From Conidiobolus incongruus B7586 (lineage: Eukaryota), in assembly GCA_000697335.1 (NCBI GenBank), contig JNEM01010327.1, positions 1 to 58,110 of the forward strand: 58,110 nt of DNA, in the 5' to 3' direction. The notes beneath the pieces are model-generated. The model made no database searches, was not told the origin of the DNA, and saw only the letters and a list, made by a program, of their open reading frames with translations. Positions 14,901 to 27,481 of the stretch are shown here, piece by piece (the first letter of the stretch is position 1; every line of letters begins with the position of its first letter). The position numbers were made by a program, and so were the translations under genes.

Positions 14901-14985
14901 TATATGGATTTTGATAGAGCTAAGAGTTCCATTATTAACAACTGACCAATTAATTAAAACAGATATTCAATCATGGTGGAGTTAA
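11984..14985 (+). CDS. DYM: Dymeclin (DYM/Hid1 superfamily) homologue, many short exons
   Basis: Spliced segments WFQERLFRSIPLSELIMFVLIKVFNINL, FIHTLCLSCIASLGKHLQNIQPILVQKLL, IFEEIIYILLITVNSIIIRDLPNSSQLVYGLL...HPSISPIVENL and EYDESEQSYGFWKMYIW match the recalled C-terminal half of dymeclin. The first four splice junctions were checked and are in frame. Confidence 0.8.
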
Positions 14986-17412
14986 TTCAAAATTTATCAA
15001 ATTATAATATAAATATATCTTACAAATCAAAACTAATATACACCTCACTTTGAAAATTTAATTTAATCACAAATAATATAATAATAGTTCATTAAATATA
15101 ATTCAAATATAGTAAAATTTGATTTCTTAAAATTATATAGTTATTAGACCATTCTATTATCGTCTATAGATGACGACTCTATACTTTTAATTTAAAAGTA
15201 ACAATAGGAGTTTATTACTTTATTAACGCTAATTTTGTTCAGACAATACAAGTGGAATACTTCCAATGTTAATATATGTAGAATTTGTGTTAATAAAACA
15301 TTAATCTTCATATAGGTTCTTTATCGATAGTTAATTTGATATTCTTATATCATCTTTACAAAGGTATTTTAACAGATTATATACCAATATTTACAAATAT
15401 TATTATACCAAGGATATTAAAAATATTTTTTTGGATTTATTAAAAATTTATATCTAGTCAATATTAATATATTCCAAAAATTTCATTTCTCTTGTCATTT
15501 GATATAATATCAATAGCCTTAACTTATAATTTATATAACATAAAAATTTATTATTTTTAATAAAGACCAATTATTAGAATTTTCTAAAAGATTTGAATTT
15601 CAAAAATCAATATTTAGTTTTGTAGTATTTTTAATACAAATTTTGCTCATCAAAATTAAGGTCAGTAAAGTCAAAAAGAAAAATAAAATGTTTATATAAT
15701 TTTATCAACTCAATCCTTATTGAATAAAGAATACAATGAAATGAGCATCATTATATTATATTAAAAATTCTAAAATATCAATTTGAAAGAATTGTGGAGA
15801 TGTTTAATTGAATTTATATTATTTTAAACTTGACTGTTTTCATTGCATGAAACTTACATAATTAGAATTCATTAAAATAATCCTAAAGTTTCCAATTCAA
15901 AATTTGAATAGGGCATATAATATTTATTTATATTTTAACTATTTAAATATAATAACAATATAATTATCCAATTTGATTTAAACAGTAGTAATTATTAAAT
16001 CATTTTTATTTTTAAGCTGACAAACATTATCAAAATAATTATCCAAGGATCAATAAAATTTGCAGATAGATAATGATATTATAATATAACCAGAAATTAT
16101 CAATTTATCCAATAATCATTATAATTATCAATATCAATATCTGAAGTTTGTAAATGGAAAAATATTTCAAAAATACTACAAAATGGAATTAAAATATAAA
16201 ATCGATATTTCATTTGATATCATATACAATATCTTTATTTAATTTTCATTCAGTTATATAAATCTCATTAAATTATTATTTTTTTACATTAAACATATCC
16301 TCCAATTACATCTTTTGCTCAATGCATGCTTATATAATAATTGATTTGTAACTCAAGGCATTTATAATAATTAATCTTTATCAATTACTAAAAGCATTAG
16401 CCATATTACGCAATAACATCTTTTCAGATACTTATTTTTTGTTAACTCTGGCTTATAGCATAATTGTCTATATATTACACCTTTTCATTCCCAATTAAAC
16501 TTTATTTCATTGAGATACCATGACAATAAGAATTGTGAAATGTTGATATGTAATTCCATGTATCATTTGAATATAGAAATATTTTCCAAGTATCATCTAA
16601 AATCATATTAACACGAGCAAATAATTCAAGCATTGATGATATTGAAATGAAATTTATACAATATGCATTATGTTAAATTAGCCTTAATTGATTTGAAAAA
16701 CAATGATGATACATTAAAATATTCGTTGTTACTTTGATAATTCCTGTTTAATCAATTCTATTTAAATTTAATGGAACTTGTTAATTATATATTTGCATAC
16801 ACAAAATCAAACTAGATTAAAATTTAATTTGATTAACAAGGTAATTTCACTATACAAATCACACATATATTAGAAATTTGAATAGAATCATTTCATATCT
16901 TTCAAAGAAATATATTTTAATTTTTGAACTATGTTGAATTGATTATAGCTAAATTTATATCATTGATCATATTTTTGTCATGATTTATATTATATACAGA
17001 CAATGAAAAAATTAACATATTTATATAACTTTATTGGAGTTCCACTTTGATCAATATTGAAATATTAACAGAATTTATAAAATATTTAAAAAGTAATATA
17101 TTTAAATATACTTGATATAGGTGATTTTAGGTGTACAGACATTTACCAGTCATTCGTAATAAAAATATTTTGATATTAATTACTAAGACCCATAACTTGA
17201 TCATTGGGTAAAACTATGACAAATTGATTTCTTGGAATAGGTTTCCTTTTAGAGATGCACAATATCTTTAACAATCTGACATTGTCCATCTTACTTATGA
17301 TCTCAATCTTTCATTTTAATATTTAGCAATTGGATTTGAATTTTCTGGGATTTTTCACATTAACCCACTTGTTAAACCAAACAACACCTAATTATAACCC
17401 TCATTCAATCTG

Positions 17413-17718
17413 ATTGGTGTTTCATTTCAAAATCCATTTGTTAGCTCAAAAATGACGTAGCCAATATCTTGATAAGATATTCATAAATTATTCCAATTTG
17501 GCCAATCAGAATTAGGCAGGACTAATCCAAATTTCCAATTTTATCCAAATCCAAAAAGCAATATAATTGGAGAAATTTGACTAAGGGAGCACTATGATTG
17601 GATGGAGTTTCGATGAAAACTCGAATAATTTTGTCATTTTGCAATTCTAGCATTTTTGATTGGACAGTTGGTGAGGAGGACATTTTATTTTGCTTAAAAA
17701 GGGGGAGGGGATTTCAAA
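17413..17718 (+). promoter_or_regulatory. Phased CCAAT-box array, a TGACGT site and a CHR-like TTTCAAA upstream of the 17774 gene
   Basis: CCAAT/ATTGG at 17413, 17461, 17493, 17502, 17535, 17566, 17597 and 17659; TGACGT at 17453; TTTCAAA at 17712. Confidence 0.5.
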
Positions 17719-17773
17719 AGATCAGATTTAACTTTTTGTTCGTTGACAAAAGTTAATTTTTTTAACTACATTT

Positions 17774-18636
17774 ATGACCATGGAGAACGATAGTAAGGCG
17801 CCCAAATGTCCTCACTGTCAGTCCAGCATCCTCCCCCAAATCATAGACGAGTATGACAGCACCTTCATCATGTGTATCAACTCTGAGGTACTTAATCAAT
17901 CTATTTATTAAGTATCATTTAAAACTTTGCTACTTTATCAAAATATTGTTGACCTTTATTAACCTTTGTGGTTATTGTTTAGTGCTTGTACCCTTTTAAT
18001 GAACCCGATATCTCCTTGTATTATATTTCAAAGCGTCCTCTTCATTTAAAAAAGAAGTCGCGCTCCACTCCTTATGTCAAAAAACGACCCTCTGTTGGAC
18101 TCAGGTCAAAAACACTTCCATACTTATCTCCTTCGGCTCCCTCTTCTGATGAGTCACGCACTCCCTCTTCGGTCATCAGTACCGATCCATTTGATTCTTT
18201 TGTACCTGACCTTCCCTCTCGTTCGGACACTAAGGTTCAATCCCCTGCTCCTTCATCTAATTCCGACCCCTTACTTGACCTTCAGTTACCTGATCTCTAT
18301 AAGCCTAGCTCATCTGTAACTGATCCACTCCTTTCATCTCAGACTTCCTTACTTGATTTACCAGCTCTCTCCTTTGACTCTTTATTTTCTAATCTTCCTT
18401 CTGAAGATCTGTTCAACCTCTCTTCTACTGAGCCATCTACATCAGTAGCATCTCCTGCTACTCCTGATAACTTGTCATCACAAAATCCACCTTTTACCTC
18501 TTTGGATGATATTATGGCTCAATTCCAATTTAATGTTCCTGAACTTTCCTCCACTTCCTGTGGTTCTGCAAATATGCTGCCCCAATTATCTTTGCAAGAA
18601 ATGGAAGAGATTTTATCGACCTCCAATGCCATTTAG
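17774..18636 (+). CDS. 255-aa protein: N-terminal C4 zinc finger (CPHC-x18-C-x4-C-LYPF, resembling the USPL1 N-terminus), basic NLS-like patch, S/P/D/L-rich acidic tail. Exons 17774-17887 and 17983-18636.
   Basis: A phase-0 GT-AG intron joins MTMENDSKAPKCPHCQ...FIMCINSE to CLYPFNEP... of the ORF-track entry at 17986. KRPLHLKKKSRSTPYVKKRP follows. Confidence 0.8.
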
Positions 18637-19703
18637 AGGGGCACCATTATATTAATTATGTAATTTTTATATATTTCACCTTTGATGTATTATAGATGTT
18701 TTGTAGTTATTCAAAACTTTATGATTTACAATAGCAGTTTTTTCCTCACATAAAATTATTTCAATAAATTTTTCTGCTAATTTTTTCACCGCAATTTTTA
18801 CATTTTAATGTATTTATATATTATTTTCCAAATTAAGACACCTTAATTTATATCATTTTTTAAATATTATAGTGTTTGTATAATAATTTTAATATCAATC
18901 CAAAATTTGCTATTCATCCTTGTATCGCTAAAGTTATTTATTCTGCTTTTTATTATTATCAGATTAATTATGATTTTGGTATTGTATTAATATTAGATTT
19001 AGTATTAATTTCAATTTTAATTAATCCTTTATAAACATTCCTTTTAACATTTATGTACTTAATTAAACAATTAATAATTTGTTGAAATTTGAATTTAATA
19101 TAATAATTAAAATATTAATAATGTTGATATTGTGATTAATTATTAGATTTCATTTTTATTAATAACACTATTCATAATAACTTTTATTTTTGTACTTCAT
19201 CTTCGTCATTTTAATATTAAATTTATTTAAATTATACAATATTAGTTTGATAAAAGGATTATATTTAAAATCAGTTTATTAAAACAATTTACATTAATTG
19301 ATAATATGTAAGCCAAGTATATAGTAAGAATATTATTTTTATAGACAGCACTAGAATGTGTATATATTTTCATCCAAAAATAATTTGTTCAGAATAATTA
19401 ATATATATATACATGTCAAATAAATACAAAGTTTTTTAATCTTTTGAAAATTCCAATAAATATCAAATGTATGGGTTATGAAAAAAGATGATGAAAGAGT
19501 ATCCCATAAAATAAAAAAAAACAAATTGGTAATATTAGATCAAAAAACGGGGAATAGTGTTGTTGAAAGAAAAGTAATATTGAAATTAAATAAATATTTT
19601 TTATTTATTGTTATTTTTATATTTTAAATATTTTGATAGAATTCATTGCTGTAATTACACATATTTTATATTAACAAATCAAAATTAAAATTTAGTTATC
19701 AAA

Positions 19704-22388
19704 ATGAGTTGGATGCCTCCTGGTAACAATCCTAATCATCCTGGTGTGCCTCCTGCTGCCGTAATTTACATAATATCTAAATATAAAATATCACTTTATT
19801 AACATGGCTTCAAATAGGCTAATATTTATGCTGCTAACCAAACTTATTCTGTCCCTTATGACTATGGTTATCAAGCTTCAGGTTCTACTTGGCCTCCTCC
19901 AACAGCTTCTATTTCATCTACTGTTCAAAATGCTAATCCGGTAAGTTTAATTTACAAAATATTGACTTAGATTATATTTCTTACTCTTATCCCAATTTAG
20001 CCAGCTTCACAAATTTGGTCGGAATTTTCAACACCTGACGGAAGGAAATATTATTATAATAATCAAACCAAGCAATCAGTTTGGGAGAAGCCAGCTGACT
20101 TTGTAACACAGTCTGAGGTATACTATCAAGCATTAAATTAAATAATTATTAGCATTAACTTACTTTTTCAGCAACCTAAATCTGCTTCAAATCCATGGAA
20201 AGAATATTCTACCCAAGATGGTCGAAAGTATTACCATAATACAATTACAAATGTGACTACTTGGGATAAACCGCCAGAATTTCAAGGTATATTTTGTTAC
20301 AAATAATTATTATGACATATTTATTAACTATATTTCTATACTTTTTATAGGATCAAGGTATACTAGTTTTGAATTTATTATTTCTTAACATAGATTCATT
20401 AATCACATATTTTTAATATCAAAAGTAGCAATGTTGAATCAACTACTTCATCCACTCAAGAACCCACTACCTCCACACCTAATTCCACGACAGCAAAACC
20501 CATTACAACTTATACACCTCAAACTCATCTATATTCAATGAATCCAGTAATTGAATTTAAAGATAAAGAAGAGGCAGAAAAGGCTTTCATAGGACTACTA
20601 GCTAAAACAGTAAATAATTATATTTTAATTTTCTTCACTTTTATTAATATTGTTAATTACAGAAAGTTGATTCAACATGGACTTGGGAGCAGACCATGAG
20701 AGCCATTATTAACAATCCACTTTATCGTGCTTTGAAAACTTTACCTGAAAGAAAAGCGGTTTTTGAAATGTACATCGAAGACAGAAAAAGAATAGAAAAA
20801 GTACTATTAAAATCATTGAATTTAATATTTTTCTATTACTTACTTATTATTTAGCAAGAGCATGATGAGCTAATTAACAAACAACGAAGTGCTTTTGAAG
20901 GGATGCTAAACAAATATCCTCAAATCCATAAAATGTCCTGGAGGTAACTGTGTCAAAGATTATATCATATTCTTATATTTTAATAATATTGTTTAGAAAA
21001 GCGCAGCAAATGCTTAAAAATGAGCCTGCTTTCAAATCGATTGATTCTGATAAGATCAAATACGAATTATTCAAATCATATGTTGATAATATAGAAAACA
21101 TTGAAAGAGTATTATTAATTATTTTGAATTCACTTTCAGTTTTACTAATGGTCCTTAGGAACGAATTGGTAATCAAAGGAAAGCAGATAAAGATCTTCTC
21201 TTGAAGCTATTACAAAAAGATACTTCAATCACTGCCACTTCTCTATGGAAAGATGTACTTCCAAAGATTCATAGCTATCGAGAGCTATGGAACCAGAACC
21301 AACAATGTCGACTTGAAGATCCTTTTATTTTTGATGTTTTTGAAAATCATATGAAATCATTAGAAGAAAAATATGAGCAAGAACGCAGTGCCAAGCACCA
21401 GCAGAGATATAGGCAAGATCGAATTAATAGGGATAAGTTTAGAGTAGCTATTTATTATTTTATTATATATATATGCCATTTATTAACCAAATTTAAATAG
21501 CAATTACTCAAAGATCTCAAGCAAAAAGAAGAACTTTGGGTCAGGAGCAAATGGAAGCAATTTTACTCTTTATTCGCTCAATATGATTTTTATTATGAAC
21601 TATTGGGACAACCTGGCTCCACCCCAATCGAAATGTTTTGGGATTTAATTGAGGAAACCCATGCTAATTTATACTCTAAACGAAAATATGTTGAACCAAT
21701 TTTGAAGGTAGTGTATAAATTATAATTTGATATAATAGTACTCATAAATTTTTTAGAGTGAAGGAATAGTAATCGATAAAAATACCGAATTTTCATTTTT
21801 CAAGCAATTTTTGAAAGACCATAATCTTTTTCCTGAGTTGAACAATAAAGATATCAAACACATCATGGAGCAGGTAAATCAACTAGGATAAATCAAGTAG
21901 GATCACCTTAGTTGACTATTAACCAATATAGTTGCAAGCCAAAACTTCAATTCGTCAGAAGGATGAGAAAAGATATCAAGAGAGTAAATTACGTAAAAAG
22001 ATTAGCGAGCTACGCCATGCTATGAAACGTCTTGATCCACCAATTCAAATTGATTCTAAATGGGAAGAGGTATATTTCGAAGATTAATCACTTTTAATTG
22101 TTGTTAAATTCAATTTATCTAGGTTCAACCATTGATCTGTAATTTTCCTGAGTATTTGGCTTTATCTAGTGATGAAGAACGAATTCAAGCATTTCACAAG
22201 TATATTAAGCGTTTGAAGGTACTATATTATATCTTATTCCTACAACATTAACTAAATATTATTGATACTAGGAGAAAGATCAGACAGCAGAATTAGAAGC
22301 TAGTCACGACAATAATCAAGAATCAAAACATCCAATTCCAGAAGACTTTGAGGAATCTGATTCAAAGAAAATGAAATACCACAGTTAG
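19704..22388 (+). CDS. PRP40: Pre-mRNA splicing factor Prp40 (two WW domains plus FF repeats), many exons
   Basis: [26 protein letters not shown] and [28 protein letters not shown] domain [10 protein letters not shown]...[49 protein letters not shown]. Confidence 0.93.
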
Positions 22389-22599
22389 AATATATGAATA
22401 GCACCGATTATTGTCAATGTAATATTGCAGGTGCTATATATTTATGACATATAATTTAATTTTAAAATAAAATTTTAGCTATTTAAACCATATTAAACAA
22501 GTCATTTGGGTGTTTTTATATAATTATATATTCCAATGTGTATATTTAGTTTATATACAAAATCTAAATTGATGATGTCAATAATAAATGACCTATTTT

Positions 22600-23390
22600 T
22601 TATTCATCTTTTTGATATTGGCTAGGTTGAGGTTGATTTTGTTTTTGATTAAATAGACTGAATAAAAATGAAGGGATTCTAAAAATGAGAAGATTGCTGA
22701 TGGTGGGCTTCTCTAACAATTCCCAATTTAATTCTGGGGGATTTTGGATTTCCTCGTCAGTTGGGACTGGATAGCCATTATCAGCATACTCTTTCTTGAT
22801 ACGCTTGATATTTTTGGGAGTCAATTCTCTCTGATGCTCTTCGAGGAAATATTGAAGTCTCTCCTTTTGACGATAATAGTTAACCCAGCTGATAACATAT
22901 TGAGTACCAGAAATAACCACTAATAAGAATATCACAACTGAAATTAAACCAGGACGATAGCGATTGTATAAATATCCAGTTCCTCTCCATTTGGGGAATC
23001 CATTCTTCAAATAGAAATCGTAACGAACTCTGCTCTCTTGCTCCTTTAAAATTTTACTAATAGAAGTCAATAAGGCATACTTTTTAATAGATTTTATATC
23101 AGAAGCATCGACTTTATCAGGGCTATAAAAATTTATGAATAAAATAACAGCATTAATATTGGTATAATTGAAACTTACTGAATAGCTAAAGAAAGCTTTC
23201 TATAAGCTTTAGTAATTTGTTTTTCTGTAGCTTGAGGCTTTAAATTTAAGACTGAGTAAAAGGTAGCATCAGGACTTTCCAATTCGATAAGCTGTTGTTG
23301 AATTTCAAAAATTTCGAAATCCAGCTTATCGAAACAAGCAAATAAATTAAATAGAGCAATTATTTGAAATAGGATTAGAGTAAGTTTCAT
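22600..23390 (-). CDS. ERJ5: ER membrane J-domain protein (Erj5/DNAJC1-like); exons 23390-23179 and 23122-22600
   Basis: Signal peptide; J domain with the HPD motif reconstituted across the intron (CA|C CCT GAT); RYDFYLKNGFPKWRGTGYLYNRYRPG signature followed by a transmembrane helix. Confidence 0.88.
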
Positions 23391-25107
23391 ATTATTATTG
23401 ATATGGTATTTATAGATATTACTATACTTTTATATTAATATGTTCAATAACCAAGTGTTATACTAGTTTTTATATCATTTAAAATGAAAATTGCTTCAAT
23501 TTAGAAATTATGGAATTTGAACCAATCAAAATGAAGAATGTGGAATTGTTCAAAATGTGTGATTCAATTTTGAATTTCAATTTAAAATTTTTTGTGTTTA
23601 TTTTTCAGGACCTTAATATTTCTATAGGCTAGTATAATAAATAGTAAGTAATATAATAATAAATTTACACTAGTTGCTTTTGTTCAATCATTTTTTAAAT
23701 ATAGTATATTATAACAAAACTCACATTTATCGCATTCGAAAATTATTTTAAATTAATATCCAATCAAACTTAAGAATAAAAATTTGAAAAGTAATTTGAC
23801 TTTGATGAGAATATGTGTAATCTTAGAGTAAATGAATGAGTTATGAATGAATACAATAATCAAATATTCTTTCCCTCTATTCAATTGCCAATATAATACA
23901 AAATATTTCATACTGTTAATTTGTTTGTTTATTGATTAGATTTAATATTAAAACTTCTAAATTAATCTTATAAGTTGCTTAGTACAAAACATTAATACAT
24001 TTGAATAAAAACTTGTATAAAATTAGCAATAGATATTGTATATTTTTGAGATATAATAAATTATAATGTCCTGTTTGACTAATCTAATCTATATTGAATT
24101 CATTTTATAAAAATCAATCTATATCTGCTTTATAATAAATAACTTTATTTGATATTGTTATTTTTGGGATTGTAAAAGGATTTTTGATGAATTATCATAT
24201 TTTTTAAATCATTATATTCAAAATATCATAGATTTAACATATTACTAGATTCTATAACTGAATATCAAATGCTACACTTAAGTTTCAGGGTTTATTATAT
24301 TATTTTAAATTGCTATCATTGTTACACGTAATCAAATTAAAAATCGTTTATAAAGATATATTGTTCAAATTTAACGATAAAATTTATTAAATACTAGTCA
24401 ATTCAACTATATAATTCATGAAATATGTTGTAAAATAGGTATCGAGACTCAAACAAATGATATATTTTTATCATCAATCTTGAGAATATTAGTAATGAGT
24501 AAATTTTAAATTAATCGTTAAAAATCAAAGACACGCTTTACTTATAATTATGTTATTTTCATTTTTATAATTATCCATTTAATTATTTAAATTAATAATT
24601 TAATCATCAACGTATTTGACTATGATTATAAATATATAAGGTTATTTGGTTGGAAATGCTAATCAATAGTATATTTGATGTTTTAATTAAATACTCAAAA
24701 TATATTGGTTAATGTGATATCTGATATTATATTTATTATATGTACTTTTATTATTATGAAGTATAAATTTGATTAAATTTTGAAGTTGATATTTAATCTA
24801 AATTATATTAATTTCATCATAATAATTGAAAATAAATTAAAGATCCATCAAATTTAAGAATTAGTGTTAACAATATAATCCCACAATTCATAGGATCATA
24901 ATTGAATCCCTATAACTCTAAAATCGGTTGAATTTTATGAAAATCTTATAAAATATATCAATATATATTAAAAAAATATCAAAAATTAATAGATCAAATA
25001 TAATTAAAAATACACTCAAAAATTTATTGAGTCCTAAATTTCATTATCAATATAAATATTTTTCTACAAATTTTCAATTACTTAAACCTAGATATTTAAA
25101 ATTTAAA

Positions 25108-27386
25108 ATGACTCAAATAGTTCAAGAAACTGACAAAAATGGCCCAGTTAAAATTACTGAAGGAAAGGCTACCATCACATTTCCCAGTGCTAATGAAGTA
25201 TTTTACAATCCAGTTCAAGAATTCAATAGAGATATGTCTATTTTAGCTATTGAAACTTGGGTTGATTTGATTAATAAGGAAGAAAAGGAAAAATTTTTAA
25301 AAAAGAACCCTGAAAAAGGTAAATAATTTATTTTTTATCTTTCGTTTGATTTTCTAATATTATATATTTTTTAGAGTCTGAGGTAATACATATATATATA
25401 TATTAAAATTAATTATTCATATAATATTAATTCAATATTACAGTATAAACCAAAAAATATTACTTTATTGGAAGCTTTATCAGCTACCGGGCTACGCTCA
25501 ATTCGTTATGCTAAAGAAATCAATGGTTTATCCAAAATCGTGGCTAACGATTTAGACTCTGGTGCTGTTGAAGCTATCAAGCGTAATGTCCAAGATAATG
25601 AAATTGAAGAGGGTAAAATTGTACCTAATCAAGATGATGCTTGGTATATAATACAAATTTGAATTATCGAAAATGATTTAATTAACAAGTGCATATTTTA
25701 GTGATGTGATGTATAAAAACAGAGATCACCTTAAAAGATTCCATTGTATTGATTTAGATCCTTATGGTTCTGCTGTGCCATTCCTAGATGGTGCTATTCA
25801 ATCTGTCGCAGATGGAGGTAATACAAATCCATAACTTATCAAATACAAAAAATATTGATAATGAATCTAGGTCTTTTATGTATTACATGCACTGATTTAT
25901 CTGTGCTTGCTAGTAACACATATCCCGAAACTTGGTAAGTTATAGAATTCAACAAGCTCAATATTATTGTTAATATTATATATAGCTTTGCTAAATACGG
26001 TGGCACTCCATTAAAGGCTGAATTTTGCCACGAGGCTGTAATGAATTTCACTTCAATATTTTGTAAAATGTATATTTATATATTTTTAGGCTTTGCGTCT
26101 CGTTTTAAATTCTCTCCACGTATCTGCTTCACGTTATAAGAGATCTATTAAACCCTTACTCTCTTTGAGTATTGATTTTTATGTCAGAATCTTTGTAAGA
26201 GTTGACACTTCTCCCGCCAAAGTTAAATTCCATGCTAGGTAATATCTATTTGAATCATTCAATTGTAGTTTAATATTTAGCCTTTTTTAGCCAAACTTCT
26301 CTTGTCTACAAATGTTTTGGATGTCATAGTTTTGAATGGCAAACCTTAGGTAAAGTTACCCAAGTCGAGGGTAAACAACCTAAATTTGGACCTATCGTTG
26401 GACCCACAGTTCCCCAACAATGTCCTCATTGTGGACACGGATATCACGTATGTTTTATTTTAAATGGCTTGAACTTATTTTAATCAGTACGATATAGATT
26501 GGTGGTCCCATGTGGAATGATTCCATTCATGATCAAACATTTGTTAAATCAATGCTCCACAAATTAACAAAAGAAAAGCCTGAAGATACTTTCAAAACCT
26601 ATAAAAGAATGCTCGGAATGCTCACTGTTGTCAGTGAAGTAAGTTTAATTCATTTTTCATGTTCCAACTGACTCTAACTATCTTTAGGAAATTGATTCTC
26701 CTTTGTACTTCACTATTCCCAGTATATCTGCTGTTGTTAGATGTAGCAATCCACCTTCTAAAGTTTTCAGGTAAATTCAATATAAACATATCTATTTACA
26801 ATAAACTGATTTGTTTAGATCTGCTTTATTAAATCTTGGTTACGAAGTATCTATTTCTCATGCCTGCCCAGCTTCAGTTAAGACGAATGCGCCTTTCAGC
26901 GTTGTATGGGATATCTTGCGTCATTATGTAATTTTCAATTTGTTAAAAGCTATCAATATCATTTTATTTTAATATTTATACATAGATTAAATCACATCCA
27001 GTCAGTGAAAAGAAATTGAAACCTGATACTCCTGGATATGCTATTTTGAAGCAAGAACCAAAGTAATTATTATTTTAGGTCTATTTTTTACTTTTATTTA
27101 TATTTTTATTAGATTGGAATCAGTAGATTTCACTTTCCACAAAGGTGCTGAACCTGAATCTAGAAAGATTAAATTAGTCAGATATCAAATTAATCCTACC
27201 AAACACTGGGGACCTAAAGCTAGACATAAGAGAGTCCAAGACGAGTAAATGCGTTTAATAATACTCATTTAATTCAAATCATATTGATTTATCATATTTT
27301 TTAGTGATAATCAAACTAATCAACCTAAAAATAATGAAGAAGATCAAGCTACTGATGAACCTGCACTTAAAAAGGCTTGTGCTTAA
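25108..27386 (+). CDS. TRM1: tRNA (guanine26-N2,N2)-dimethyltransferase, many exons
   Basis: [75 protein letters not shown]. Confidence 0.96.
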
Positions 27387-27481
27387 TATTGAATAATAAA
27401 TAGAAATAGATTGCTATTTATATTAATTATTATTTTTTTAATATTTAATGAGTAAATCCTTTTTGATTAAAAATGAGTTAA

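Noticed and set aside
22600..22615. ERJ5 C-terminus QKDE as an ER-retention signal
   Set aside because: It is not KDEL/HDEL, and it follows the transmembrane helix, so it is probably cytosolic
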